Assembly: GCF_001194135.2 (NCBI RefSeq)
Contig: NC_068990.1
Location: 12,431,026-12,469,099 of the forward strand
DNA length: 38,074 nt
Source of the DNA: Octopus bimaculoides
Taxonomy: Eukaryota
Reading direction: 5' to 3'
Shown here: piece by piece, positions 22,342-33,084 of the stretch
Position numbering within the stretch: position 1 is the stretch's first letter
How the letters are laid out: each line of letters opens with the position of its first letter
The notes under the pieces: model-generated
Database searches by the model: none
What the model was told of the DNA's origin: nothing
The model's input: only the letters and a program-made list of their open reading frames with translations
Program-made: the position numbers and the translations under genes

Positions 22342-23055
22342 AACTACACACACACATACATACATATATATGCAAACATTGTTAACTCTTCTATGTCTTG
22401 CAGTGGCACAATGGTCAGTAGTAGTAGTAGTGGTATGAAGGTGAGCAAGTGCTGTAACAGCACAGCATTGCAGCCATCGTTTCTTGGCAATTTGCTACTC
22501 TTAACAGATGAAATCTTTGCACCAGTTAGGCAACAGTCCTCCAGCCCATGGACTTGTTTGGGTAGTTGTTGCTGGTGAGGGTTTTCCTGGATTTGGCATG
22601 CAAATCCTACCTCAAACTCTTTTAGTCACCTTTTTTTATGACACATTGAGTCTGTTCATTGACATGCTGATGTCCACACACAGCACAAAGTCGGAGCTAG
22701 AGAAAAATTATTTCACATGAATCTCAGCATAAACAAACCCAATGGATTCTAGAGGTTTACAAACACGTAAATACCTTTTATACTTCTTTGATTCGTAAAT
22801 AGGACAGATATTCACCTGTTGTTGCTACGTGTTGATTGAATTGCAGAGAATAAATTAATGACTATTGTTATGTATTTGAGAGGTATGGAACACACGCAAC
22901 AGTTTTCAATTTCCTACTCAAATAATTTAAGTTTATGTTTCGGCCGTGCAATTCAAGGCTGTACTTTAAAATAACTGCCATAGAACATCTCGTTTAAATG
23001 GCATTTTGTAACGAACAATCATAAATCATGTCCTGCTGTTTATGTCTTCATTTTA

Positions 23056-23245
23056 AAGATGGCGGCAGATTTATTCCTCCGAGCTTCCAGGGCAAATAAA
23101 CAGTGATTAGATGGTCAATAAACATTATATCGCCTGTCTCAAGATCATTATGTCACTTCGTAGAAACGAGTTTGCCAATTACGTCATAGCGAGACGTTGT
23201 CGTCGTTTTGTTTAAACTCTTTGACAAATCATTAAAGTCGTAAGT
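23056..23245. promoter_or_regulatory. Candidate promoter or first-exon region: YY1 motif, CRE-like site, consensus splice donor
   Basis: AAGATGGCGGC 23056-23066, TTACGTCA 23179-23186, GTAAGT 23240-23245, in unique CpG-containing DNA. Confidence 0.4.
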
Positions 23246-23525
23246 AACTGAATGGGAATGACGTCTTTAAACAAAGCTGAGTATGTCATTTGCTTGCTTT
23301 TATGGATGATCTATAATAGGTTTAGTGTCAATCTGGGCGTCTGGAACTATAATAAACCAAGACGAAATACGTAGTCGATTGATTTAGAAAGTTATTGGGA
23401 GGAGACGGTCGGAATTTATACGATTATCCTACTTAACTACATTGAAATTATGGCCACGGTGGTTTTCTTCTCTTAACTATTGGTTTCCATTACACCTGCA
23501 CCTGATTATATATATATATATATAT

Positions 23526-23837
23526 NNNNNNNNNNNNNNNNNNNNNNNNNNNNNNNNNNNNNNNNNNNNNNNNNNNNNNNNNNNNNNNNNNNNNNNNNNN
23601 NNNNNNNNNNNNNNNNNNNNNNNNNNNNNNNNNNNNNNNNNNNNNNNNNNNNNNNNNNNNNNNNNNNNNNNNNNNNNNNNNNNNNNNNNNNNNNNNNNNN
23701 NNNNNNNNNNNNNNNNNNNNNNNNNNNNNNNNNNNNNNNNNNNNNNNNNNNNNNNNNNNNNNNNNNNNNNNNNNNNNNNNNNNNNNNNNNNNNNNNNNNN
23801 NNNNNNNNNNNNNNNNNNNNNNNNNNNNNNNNNNNNN
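23526..23837. other. Assembly gap inside a (TA)n tract
   Basis: N bases flanked by TA repeats. Confidence 1.
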
Positions 23838-23906
23838 ATATATAATAATAAAAATAAAAAGATAAAGAGAGCAATGGTAAGGTTGGAGAAGTATTTTATG
23901 GATAGA

Positions 23907-23955
23907 GTCTTACAGCTGTTTCTGGGAAGATCCAGTACTTCCCTTCATCGGAGAC
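23907..23955 (-). ncRNA. Minimal type-I hammerhead ribozyme motif (variant core), minus-strand copy
   Basis: Exact reverse complement of 24416-24464. Confidence 0.6.
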
Positions 23956-24415
23956 AGAAAAAAATAAAGTAATCTATTATTATATCCATAGGCGGATATT
24001 TTTAGTATGAAGTGGTAAAGAGTGTGATGTGCTGAAAAAAGAGAGAACAGTACTTGAAGTGTAGTTTCATTCCGTGCAAAGTAATCCCTGTGTGGATAAT
24101 CCGGGAATTTATGTTGGAGCGAAAGTTGATATAGCATAGATAACGGAGGTACATATATTCCATATTGCGATGGATTTTTGCTTGTTTACTTGAAGAATGG
24201 CCGCTATCTATGCTATATCAACTTTCGCTCCAACATAAATTTCCGGATTATCCACACAGGGATTACTTTGCACGGATTTCTACACGGATATTTACCACTG
24301 GAATGAAACTACACTTCAAGTACTGTTCTCTCTTTTTTCAGCACATCACACTCTTTACCACTTCATACTAAAAATATCCGCTTATGGATATAATAATAGA
24401 TTACTTTATTTTTTT

Positions 24416-24464
24416 GTCTCCGATGAAGGGAAGTACTGGATCTTCCCAGAAACAGCTGTAAGAC
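24416..24464 (+). ncRNA. Minimal type-I hammerhead ribozyme motif (variant core)
   Basis: GUCU-CCGAUGA-A-GGGAAG(UACUGGAU)CUUCCC-A-GAAA-C(AGCU)G-UA-AGAC: stem I GUCU/AGAC, 6-bp stem II, 1-bp stem III with palindromic loop, GUA cleavage triplet; U4 of CUGANGA is C. Confidence 0.6.
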
Positions 24465-24668
24465 TCTATCCATAAAATACTTCTCCAACCTTACCTTTGC
24501 TCTCTTTATCTTTTTGTTTTTATATATTTACATATACACACGCTAATACACGACTTATAATACCCAATCCTGTTCATACAACGACTGGGGCAAACTAGTC
24601 GGTATACAGCACTTACTCGGTATTACCTGTATCCTCCTGGGTTTGGTTAAATCCAATACCCTCCTCAA

Positions 24669-24704
<36 letters not shown>

Positions 24705-27685
24705 CCTGTTTTGCCTACCGGCTTTATGCGTATGCTGTTTTAGTTAAAGCTAAGTACCAGTCAGGTACTGAGGCTGATTTAATGAATATATTGAAGTCAC
24801 AGGAAACTTCCATAAACAACTGGCTTAGTGTTTGTTTTTGTTGTATTATTTTCTCTAAGATATTAATAAAACGTGACTTTTTTCAACTACGTGCAATGTC
24901 ATTTATTATGTAGTGTTGACATTGTGTACAAGTCGTGTACTACCAGTTAATGGGTGACTTAAAATATTTGTTTAATTACTTTAATTATATTTATGCTATT
25001 TCAATGAATTTTTTTTTTCATCTGTAGCTATACTTCCGTACACAGATTTAATCGACTGTTTGCCCTTCCCATAAATTTGAGGCGTTGTGCCTCTATTAGA
25101 AATCAATTTAGTCACGTAAAACAGTTTTTCAATGTTTGGATGCATATAACATCTCATGTAGCAGTTTGTTGGCGAAAGTTAAGGATTACCATCCAATCAA
25201 TAAATGAATGACTGAAGAAAATCAGTTTCTATCATGAATATTTTCTAAATTACATGTTATTGCCACACCAATGGTTCTTCGATTTGGTAATAAAAACATT
25301 TTTGTCTTAGCGATAAGAAAGAATATTCTTTTAAAATTAGTTTTGTGTTGTAAATTCATCACTGGTTGAATTATTTTACAATTACAATTTTATTGTTTCA
25401 AAACTAATTCATCCATAATTTCATTTTTATCTCGTATTGTAATACCAATAATAATAATTATTATTCCTATATTATTATTAAAACAACTAATGACTGTTTT
25501 AAAGAGTTTCCAATGCTTTCATTAATTTATATTAGTGAATTATGTATTTCACAACATAAAGTGACTTTATTTCCGAACTTTTTACTTCAGTTACAAATAA
25601 TTAAATTTTGCATGATATATTGTTTTTCTTTTAAAGAAAAAAAAAAATCATTGTGTGCGTAAATCCGAATTTCAAACAATGGTAATCATAATTATGACAA
25701 ATGACAAATTTTATGCATTCAAACATTGTTTCCTTCTTTGTTTAAACTCAAAGTCAATTCTTTACGCAAAAGATTGAATGGATCTCTCTTTGACTATATA
25801 GTACTTTATTGCTGTTTATCTTCTTTAGCTCTGGCCAAACCCATATTCATTTGTTTTTTTTCCTATCCAATGTTATTCTCTTTTTAGTTTAGAGAATTTG
25901 GCTTCTATTTCTAACTGCTCATACAACTACGTCGAATTTATCTTATTGGCTTGTTGGCCTTGTCGAATTTGGTGATGCTATGGCTATTGTCTTCTACTTG
26001 AGCCATCTTTAGTCTTCTAGCTGAAACCACATAGAACTACATTATCCAAAGCGCTCTATATTATTTTATTAAAACAGTTACATCTACAGCTTCCAGTAGA
26101 AGATACCTTGCTGGTGCAGCTAATTGCAGGATTTGGAAGTGCTGGGGGGGGGGATAAAACACGAGAGAACTTATTATTACGATGTTTGTATTTCCTATTG
26201 TTTTAGTAATGTCCTCTGACCCACGTCATCAACAGCAGCAGTTCTCAAAGTAACACATGCAAATTATGCTCTATTCACATCAACGTAGGCTGAAGAAAAT
26301 AAAGGATTTTCTTTTTACTCATTCCTTACTCTTTATTAGTGAAAAATCGTAATTGAGTTTGCAGATAATATATTTCTTTACAATGTCGTTGGATAGGTTT
26401 TTTTAGCTGGTATGAAACGTGTCCCTGGCCCTCGCATTACAAATTCTTGTTTCCCAGAAGTAGTGTATAAAATGGTGGAAAGAAAGACAAGAAAACGAGC
26501 TTCAACGAACTGCAACGTTTTATTAAATAGTAGCGAACCAGGTGGACTCATCATGAAGATAAACTGTCTGTAGAAATTATACATACTCAGCTTCTCAATT
26601 CAGTCGGAATTTGGTTGCATGTGCTTAAAAAATAGGAACAAAATGACAACTTAGCCTCCTTGAAAGCAGTTCTCTCTCTGAAAATTCTCCTCTAAATGCT
26701 GAAAGCAGGAAAAATTCTCCTATTTATTGCTATGAAGAGGCTCAATAAGTATTTGATTTTGCCGCGAAGGTTGGCCTAAGATCGTACAACGTGACTGGAT
26801 AGAAAACTGTATCCCGCGTAAAATAGATCACTTCAAGAAACGAACTCAGTCAAGTATTACACTATCACATGACCGGGTTATGTAACCAATCGTTAGGAAC
26901 ATGCAAGATGAGCCGATTTCCGACTCTTTAAGCCTACACAAGCAATTCGTGACAAACTTAAAATCATCAACCACAACAGTTTTTCTGATAGTTTTTCAAT
27001 CCCCACAGCTCTGACCTGCTTGTCAGAGAAACATGGATCTAGGGAGAAGTGATTTTCAATGTGTCACGGCATACTGTATACTGTAAAGGGTATTTGGTGC
27101 ACGTAAGATTTTTTTTTATTTTAATGTTAATTAAATCTTTTAAAATCCACGTTAGTGTTTACGAACTTTGAAAAATGCATTAATCGTTATTTCGTTTTGC
27201 CGAAGTGGTAAACTTAACGAAAGTGACATCAATTGAAATGAAACTGAAGTGGGCGTTAATACGATTGTGGGAAGTACATGAATCAAATAAACTGTAGAAC
27301 GACCGTGCGAACCAAAGGAGAATGGAGAACAGGCTCCTTTTTAACGCGTCGCGCGCTCGACACAAAATATAATGATATATTATAATACTATAACATAGAG
27401 ATTTCGCATGTGAAATGCGAAGAAGTTCCAGTAAGGAAAAGATAGAAACGCAACCGATAAAGATGAATAACAATAAGATTTATTGGAGCATTAAACTGTA
27501 TGTCTGTGTGTGAGTGTGAATGCGACATATTAAAACACAATATAAGACAGGCCGTCATGTAAACAAAAGAGTGTGTATACAAATATATGTATGTAAATGC
27601 AAGAGATACAAAGCATAGAAAGAGTCTGTAACACAGGATGATAAGATACCAGTTCTCTTAAGGTACACAGTAGCTAGAGACTCTG

Positions 27686-28000
27686 TATATAAGAGGTTAA
27701 GGTTGAGGCAGAGCTAAGTCACTTGTCGTGCAGTTGAGGCTTCGCTGGAAACTGGCTGGCTGTGTTACGTGTGTGGTCAACGACCAGATCTGTGAGGATC
27801 TGAAGCCGCGACCAAGTGGCGCGGTTAAATTAGGCTATTTATAGGTACAGAGAGAATCCAGAAAAGCATCAGAAAAGCACTCTCTCACGTGACCTTATTA
27901 GTGGCTACGGTTAGTCGGTTTGCGTCCTGGCGCGAACGGACTGGAGGCAAATGCCGCGAAAATAAAAGTCAGTCAGGTGATGACACAGCAAGGCGGGAAA
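27686..28000. promoter_or_regulatory. Candidate promoter: TATA-like box, E-box and three E2F-like sites in CpG-rich unique DNA
   Basis: TATATAAG 27686-27693, TCACGTGAC 27885-27893, GGCGCGAA 27929-27936, GCCGCGAAAA 27953-27962, GGCGGGAAA 27992-28000. Confidence 0.4.
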
Positions 28001-28291
28001 GAGTTGTTACCTGCTACGTTCACATTTGTACATAAATAACCGTGAGAGAGGTAGTTTCACTACAAAACCAAATTAGAGAGGATTTTCTCATCTAATTTAT
28101 TGGTTAGCATAAAGTACTGGAAAACTACGATTTTACAGAATAGATAGCACATGTGTCAGCAAAATTACATTCTTTAAAGATTAACATTGAATTAACTCAA
28201 GGAGAGTCACTGCATTTGAATTTTGTTTATGAATATATTGTATTTTAGCCTATGTATCGCTTATTGAGTAGTTTGTTATAAGAATGATACC

Positions 28292-28526
28292 TATTTCTGT
28301 ATTGCCCACCAGAGGCTAAACATAGAGGGAACAAACAAGGACAGACAAACGGATTAAGTCGATTACATCGACCCCAGTGCGTAACTGGCACTTAATTTAT
28401 CGACCCCGAAAGGATGAAAGGCAAAGTCGACCTCAGCGGAATTTGAACTCAGAACGTAGCGGCAGACGAAATACCGTTAAGCATTTCACCCGGCGTGCTA
28501 ACGATTCTGCCAGCTTGCAGCCTTAA
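28292..28526 (-). mobile_element. SINE family B, full length, young, 14-bp TSD
   Basis: ATAAGAATGATACC at 28278-28291 and 28527-28540; CpGs retained. Confidence 0.95.
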
Positions 28527-29321
28527 ATAAGAATGATACCAAGTTGCTAAAATTCAAAATTAGGCTGTAGCAAGCTGAACTTCAGCGTCCTTACAAGCAT
28601 AATTTTTTAAAACTTTCACAAGCAGAAAAACTGAAAATGTTGGTTAAAAAGCACATGGCACCCAAGGCGATTGCCCGAGTTGTCGGTACCTTGCGCTTGT
28701 CCTCAGCAAAGCTATGAATCAATGGTCTGTGGAGGAAGTTGGCAAGAAGTTTCTTCTACAACTGTCTACGAATGTATTAACTGTGTAGAGCTTGGTTGAT
28801 ATGCATATGAAGCGGCATGTGAATGATATAACAGCAAACAACATTTAACAGAAACTTTTAGTTCATCGCACAAGTAATATTTAGGTTGGTCATAAATTAT
28901 AAAGTTCCACAAGTCAACAGAAGCGAAGGAATAATTCAGTAGTGTTCATAAACAGTTGATTACAAAAGCTTTGTATTGAAGTTTGTCGAAACAAGAGGAA
29001 ATATACACAGTAGATTCATATCAACCAACTTAATCGACATATCTATGCTGAGCAGAAAGTCGTAAAAACGACTTATACACTACAAGAGAGTGTGTGGAGC
29101 AGGGCCGTAGGTCACCACGCACAGAAACTTCGAGCTAAAAACACGCCTTTATATAACCCTTGTACCGAGACATTCCAGAAGGATCTAACAGAACCTATTA
29201 TGTAAACGCTGCTGCTGATTGATCGATAGCTCAACTTCTCACATGAACAAGGTTGTGCTATGTTGTAACTTAAACATCGCAATCTGTCGACTCAGTTTCG
29301 AGTCTTGTTACAGTTGTTATG

Positions 29322-29717
29322 AGTGGAGGCGCAATGGCCCAGTGGTTAGGGCAGCGGACTCGCTGTCATAGGATCGCAGTTTCGATTCCCAGACCGGGCG
29401 TTGTGAGTGTTTATTGAGCGAAAACACCTAAAGCTCCACGAGGCTCCAGCAGGGGATGGTGGCGAACCCTGCTGTACTCTTCCACCACAACTTTCTCTCA
29501 CTTTTACTTCCTGTTTCTGTTGTGCCTGTAATTGAAAGGGTCAGCCTTGTCACACTGTGTCACGCTGAATCTCCCCGAGAACTACGTTAAGGGTACACGT
29601 GTCTGTGGAGTGCTCAGCTACTTGCACGTTAATTTCACGAGCAGGCTGTTCCGTTGATTGGATCAACTGGAACCCTCGTCGTCGTAAGCGACCGAGTGCC
29701 AAAAAAAAAAAAAAAAA
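29322..29717 (+). mobile_element. SINE family C, full length, young, poly(A) tail, 12-bp TSD
   Basis: A box TGGCCCAGTGG, B box GTTTCGATTCC, A run from 29701, ACAGTTGTTATG at 29310-29321 and 29718-29729. Confidence 0.96.
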
Positions 29718-30187
29718 ACAGTTGTTATGGCTCTCACAAAGGCATTTGCTTACATCTTGAACTATAGTCAGTTTTTATGCTGCTGCTTCACCGAAGAGCA
29801 ACTTCTAAGCAACGGAGTTTTAAGATAAAATCTCACAGCGGTTTTAGTGACTTATAGCTACGCAGGAGTTCATAATTTATAATTCTTTGGCGCCAATTCT
29901 ATGTTTTTGGTATCTATGATTACATAACGGCAATAAAATGAAAATAATTGTTGGATGTACGAAAATAACTCGACTATACTGAATGATTGTTAAGAGTGAT
30001 GGCTAAAAATAGATGTTAGAGATCGTTAGAGGATCAAGAAAATCCCTTAGATTTTGAGAACAAATTTCGTTATGTTCAGTTTCACCTTTCGTCTGTTTGG
30101 AATTGATAAGGTATTGGTCAAGTACTGGGGATCGATAGTATCTTCCAGCCTTTTCTACTCCGAAAATTGCAGGCATTGTCCAGATAT

Positions 30188-30346
30188 TTAGTCCATCATG
30201 TTCTGAGTTCAAATTCTGCTGAGGTTGACTTTGCTTGTCCTCCTTTCGGGATCGATAAAATAAGTCCCAGTCAGGTACTGGGATCGATGTAATTGATTAT
30301 CCCCCCCCCCCACTTCTCTTGAATTGTGCCTATAGCAGAAAGAATA
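30188..30346 (+). mobile_element. SINE family B, 5'-truncated
   Basis: GTTCTGAGTTCAAATTCTGCTGAGGTTGACTTTGC...GATCGATAAAATAAGT...ACTGGGATCGATGTAAT; an older fragment lies at about 30050-30180. Confidence 0.8.
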
Positions 30347-31459
30347 AATATTGATTATTGTTGTCATTTCTCACCATCGACATTCTCGTTTCAAAAACTA
30401 CAGAGAAATGCAATTATTTATTTGAAGGTTTACAGAAAAGAAATTTATGAAGAGATGTGTGTCTGTTCCAGTGAGATTTAAATTACAAGATGTAATGACA
30501 TATGGACAGAAAAGATAAATTTCGAAAAGATGCAATTTCCTAGCTGTCGTTTCATTCATTTCACCACGATGATAGCCAATTATTTTTCTACATTCTCTGT
30601 TATTGTTGGTTTCATTTTAATTGACGCTGCTTTCGATAAGGATCACCAACCTAAATGTGATTAACAAAACATAAGCAATAGTATTCTTTATATTTTTTCT
30701 AAATTCTTAACAGTGACCTTTGGTTTATAAGTTCATGTATCTGTGAGACCGATAATGCAGTACCAGTGTCGAACTTAACAAAAATATTAAATGAAAACAT
30801 TTCTGAGATTTTACTTCACGGTGGAACTTCTATGTGGTCACTAAACAAGCTAGGTTCTTTTAAATTACGCCCTAGTAATTTATTTATTTATTACTGTATT
30901 GAAATTAAAAAGGCAATTTTGTCTCTATGAACTGTTATCTATATATCTGGATTGATTCCAGTGATAACAACTGAATGCTCCTAAAGCTGGATCCAGTCTC
31001 AAAATTAGGTAATGATAGGAAAACAACTAATAAATTTATAAATGGTCAAACGATATATCATTTAGAACAGACATGGACAAACTTTTCGAGAAGTAAGCCA
31101 CATGAGACATGATTCATTAGGCAAGTGGCTCTACTAGAAAAAAAAAATTAAAGTAACTTTCCATTTAGCATGTCATTTAGAAAGTCTCATGGGCCATAGT
31201 TTGTCCATGAATGACTTAAACGATAATTTCGTAAATTGATCCAAAGGATCGTTTGGGGAAAATATGCGCCATATTACTGTTTCATAATAACTTATCAAAA
31301 ATTCGAAACGAGAAAAATCTTCAAAATTTGAAAGATTTTTCGATTTTTGAGTGGAAGAAGTGCTGCAAAAGAACCTTTCAAAAATCTCTCAAGAGATCCA
31401 GGGTTAGTGTACAGGCTGTTGTAGGTTATGTATCAGATCATTAACGATTTGTAGTGTAA

Positions 31460-31670
31460 GGCGGCGAGTTGGCAGAAATGTAAGCATGCCGGATGGAATG
31501 CTTAGTGGTATTTTGTCTATCTTTGTTCTCAATTCAAATTCCGCAGAGGTCGACTTTGCCTTTCATCCATTCAGGGTCGATAAATTAAGTACCAGTTGCT
31601 TACTGGGATTGATCTAATCGACTGCCCCTCCCCACAAAGTTCAGGCCTTGTGCTTAGATTAGAAAAGATT
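31460..31670 (+). mobile_element. SINE family B, full length
   Basis: GGCGGCGAGTTGGCAGAAATG head and GAGGTCGACTTTGCCTTTCATCC...GGTCGATAAATTAAGTACCAG. Confidence 0.9.
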
Positions 31671-31671
31671 A

Positions 31672-32001
31672 ACTTTACCTTTCATTATTTCGGTTTCGAT
31701 AAAATAAGTACTGGTTAAGAACTGGTGTCTATGTAATAGATTCTTCCTCTACCCGAAATTTCTGGCCTTGTGCCAAAATTTGAAACTAATTTGAGCCCAA
31801 CATAAGGCAGAATTATTACTGTGCTGGATTTGCAAGTTTTTTTTTCTTCTAACTTTACATGCTGAGTTCAAATGCCTCTGGGGTCAACTTGGCTTTTTAT
31901 TTTGGGGGGAGTCAAAATAACTACCAGTTTAGCACTGGGGTTAATCTAATCGATTTTACCCCTCCCAACATTGCTGGCCTTGTGCCAAATTTTGAAACGA
32001 A
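31672..32001 (+). mobile_element. Two further diverged SINE family B copies in tandem (31672-31790 partial, 31803-32001)
   Basis: Each ends in CTGGCCTTGTGCCAAA.TTTGAAAC and contains GATAAAATAAGTACTGG or AAATAACTACCAG...ACTGGGG. Confidence 0.75.
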
Positions 32002-32964
32002 TATATACTCAACTTTGCATAATGGACTCTGGGTGACTGAGATACATTTTTGAAAAATAAAATGAAAAAAATGCACCTCATATGGTATCAAACACAGTAT
32101 TTCATGACATTTGTAAATTTGGATACATTGGGGCAGCTTTGATTGAAAAATCAGGATTCTTGTTTCCCTAAGGCTCAAAGACTTTTTCAAATTTTTGAAC
32201 AGCCTGAAATAAATTTTTGCCTATACAGAACCACTAATTTCCTTGGTCTCTGGTTTATTTATATTTCATATGATGCTACTTCCCTGCTCTTCCATTATTT
32301 CAGTATTGATAGGAGAATAAATAATTTAGAGTTCTGTTAAAGATTTGGAAATTATTTCATATGTATTCCTTTTCTTTTGATGTTAGCTCTCTCTTTCATA
32401 TTAAATTCTAACCATCAGTTACATTACATTGTGCAATAAAATCATTTTTCAAAGAGCTGATTCTGTGATAGTTTTTCTGCCAAAACTCCCAAATATTGTA
32501 TTGTACTTCCTGTTGATCATTTACATTCTAGCTAATTTGATATATTCAACTGTCCAATCAACTGCTTTATGATCTCTCCTCTTTTAACTAAAGAGTTCAG
32601 TGCATCAATCATTGTTCTTTGATGCATATTGAGCTAACCTGTTTTTTTTTTTACTAACTTAAAGTTCTCCCTCTCTCTCTCTCATATTTTTTTTCATTCC
32701 TTCACTCATTATTTGATATTTATTATGATGCTTTTAAAAACTGTTTTACCAAATTGTTATTCTTCCTTTCTCACTATAATTTAGCAATATTACCGTAGTC
32801 AGGCTAGTTAGAAAGAGCAAAGGTTCACATGATATTTATTTTTACCTTGCATCTTGTTCACTGCTAACCCTAATGTTCTCAAGATTAAATACAAAACTAG
32901 TTTTGTTTGTATTAAAGGGCTACAATCATTTCATTTGACTTCAGTAAATTTCTTTGCAATTCTT

Positions 32965-33084
32965 TGGTTTCAGGTTCAGTACTTCTCTCCAGCAACTTTG
33001 GCAAGTGTCATCTAAGTATAGCCTCAGATCGTGAACAAGAACCTTTGGGTGAAACTAGGTAGACAGAAACTGAGAAAGCCTGTC
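32965..33084 (+). mobile_element. Highly degenerate SINE family A 5' half
   Basis: CAGGTTCAGTAC...TTTGGCAAGTGTC...TATAGCCTC...GTAGACAGAAACTGAGAAAGCC. Confidence 0.6.

Larger units (their letters stand above)
23838..24671 (+). mobile_element. Penelope-like (PLE-derived) non-coding element: inverted pseudo-LTR pair plus 3' extension, (TA)n on both sides
   Basis: Arms 23850-24146 and 24201-24521 are about 98% reverse-complementary, 54-bp spacer, hammerhead motif in each arm, unpaired extension 24522-24671. Confidence 0.7.

Noticed and set aside
22385-22600. Minus-strand open frame QENPHQQQLPKQVHGLEDCC...
   Set aside because: It includes a (CTA)n run and has no start, splice support or recognisable domain; probably a decayed repeat.
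23910-24371. Mirror ORFs MLYQLSLQHKFPDYPHRDYFAR on both strands
   Set aside because: They are a by-product of the inverted repeat and show no RT or GIY-YIG motifs.
27627-27769. TGTAACAC...GTGTTAC segment with a TATA box, a possible solo LTR
   Set aside because: It does not end in CA and has no TSD, poly(A) signal, convincing primer-binding site or second copy.
31072-31209. Patchy inverted repeat (CATGGACAAACT/AGTTTGTCCATG and CATGAGAC/GTCTCATG)
   Set aside because: It consists of two short blocks with unequal spacing and no TSD, too little to define an element.
32230-32620. Minus-strand QYLGVLAEK and MKER...KEY fragments reminiscent of R4-type RT
   Set aside because: There are multiple stops and frameshifts and only a three-residue motif match; BLASTX would be needed.
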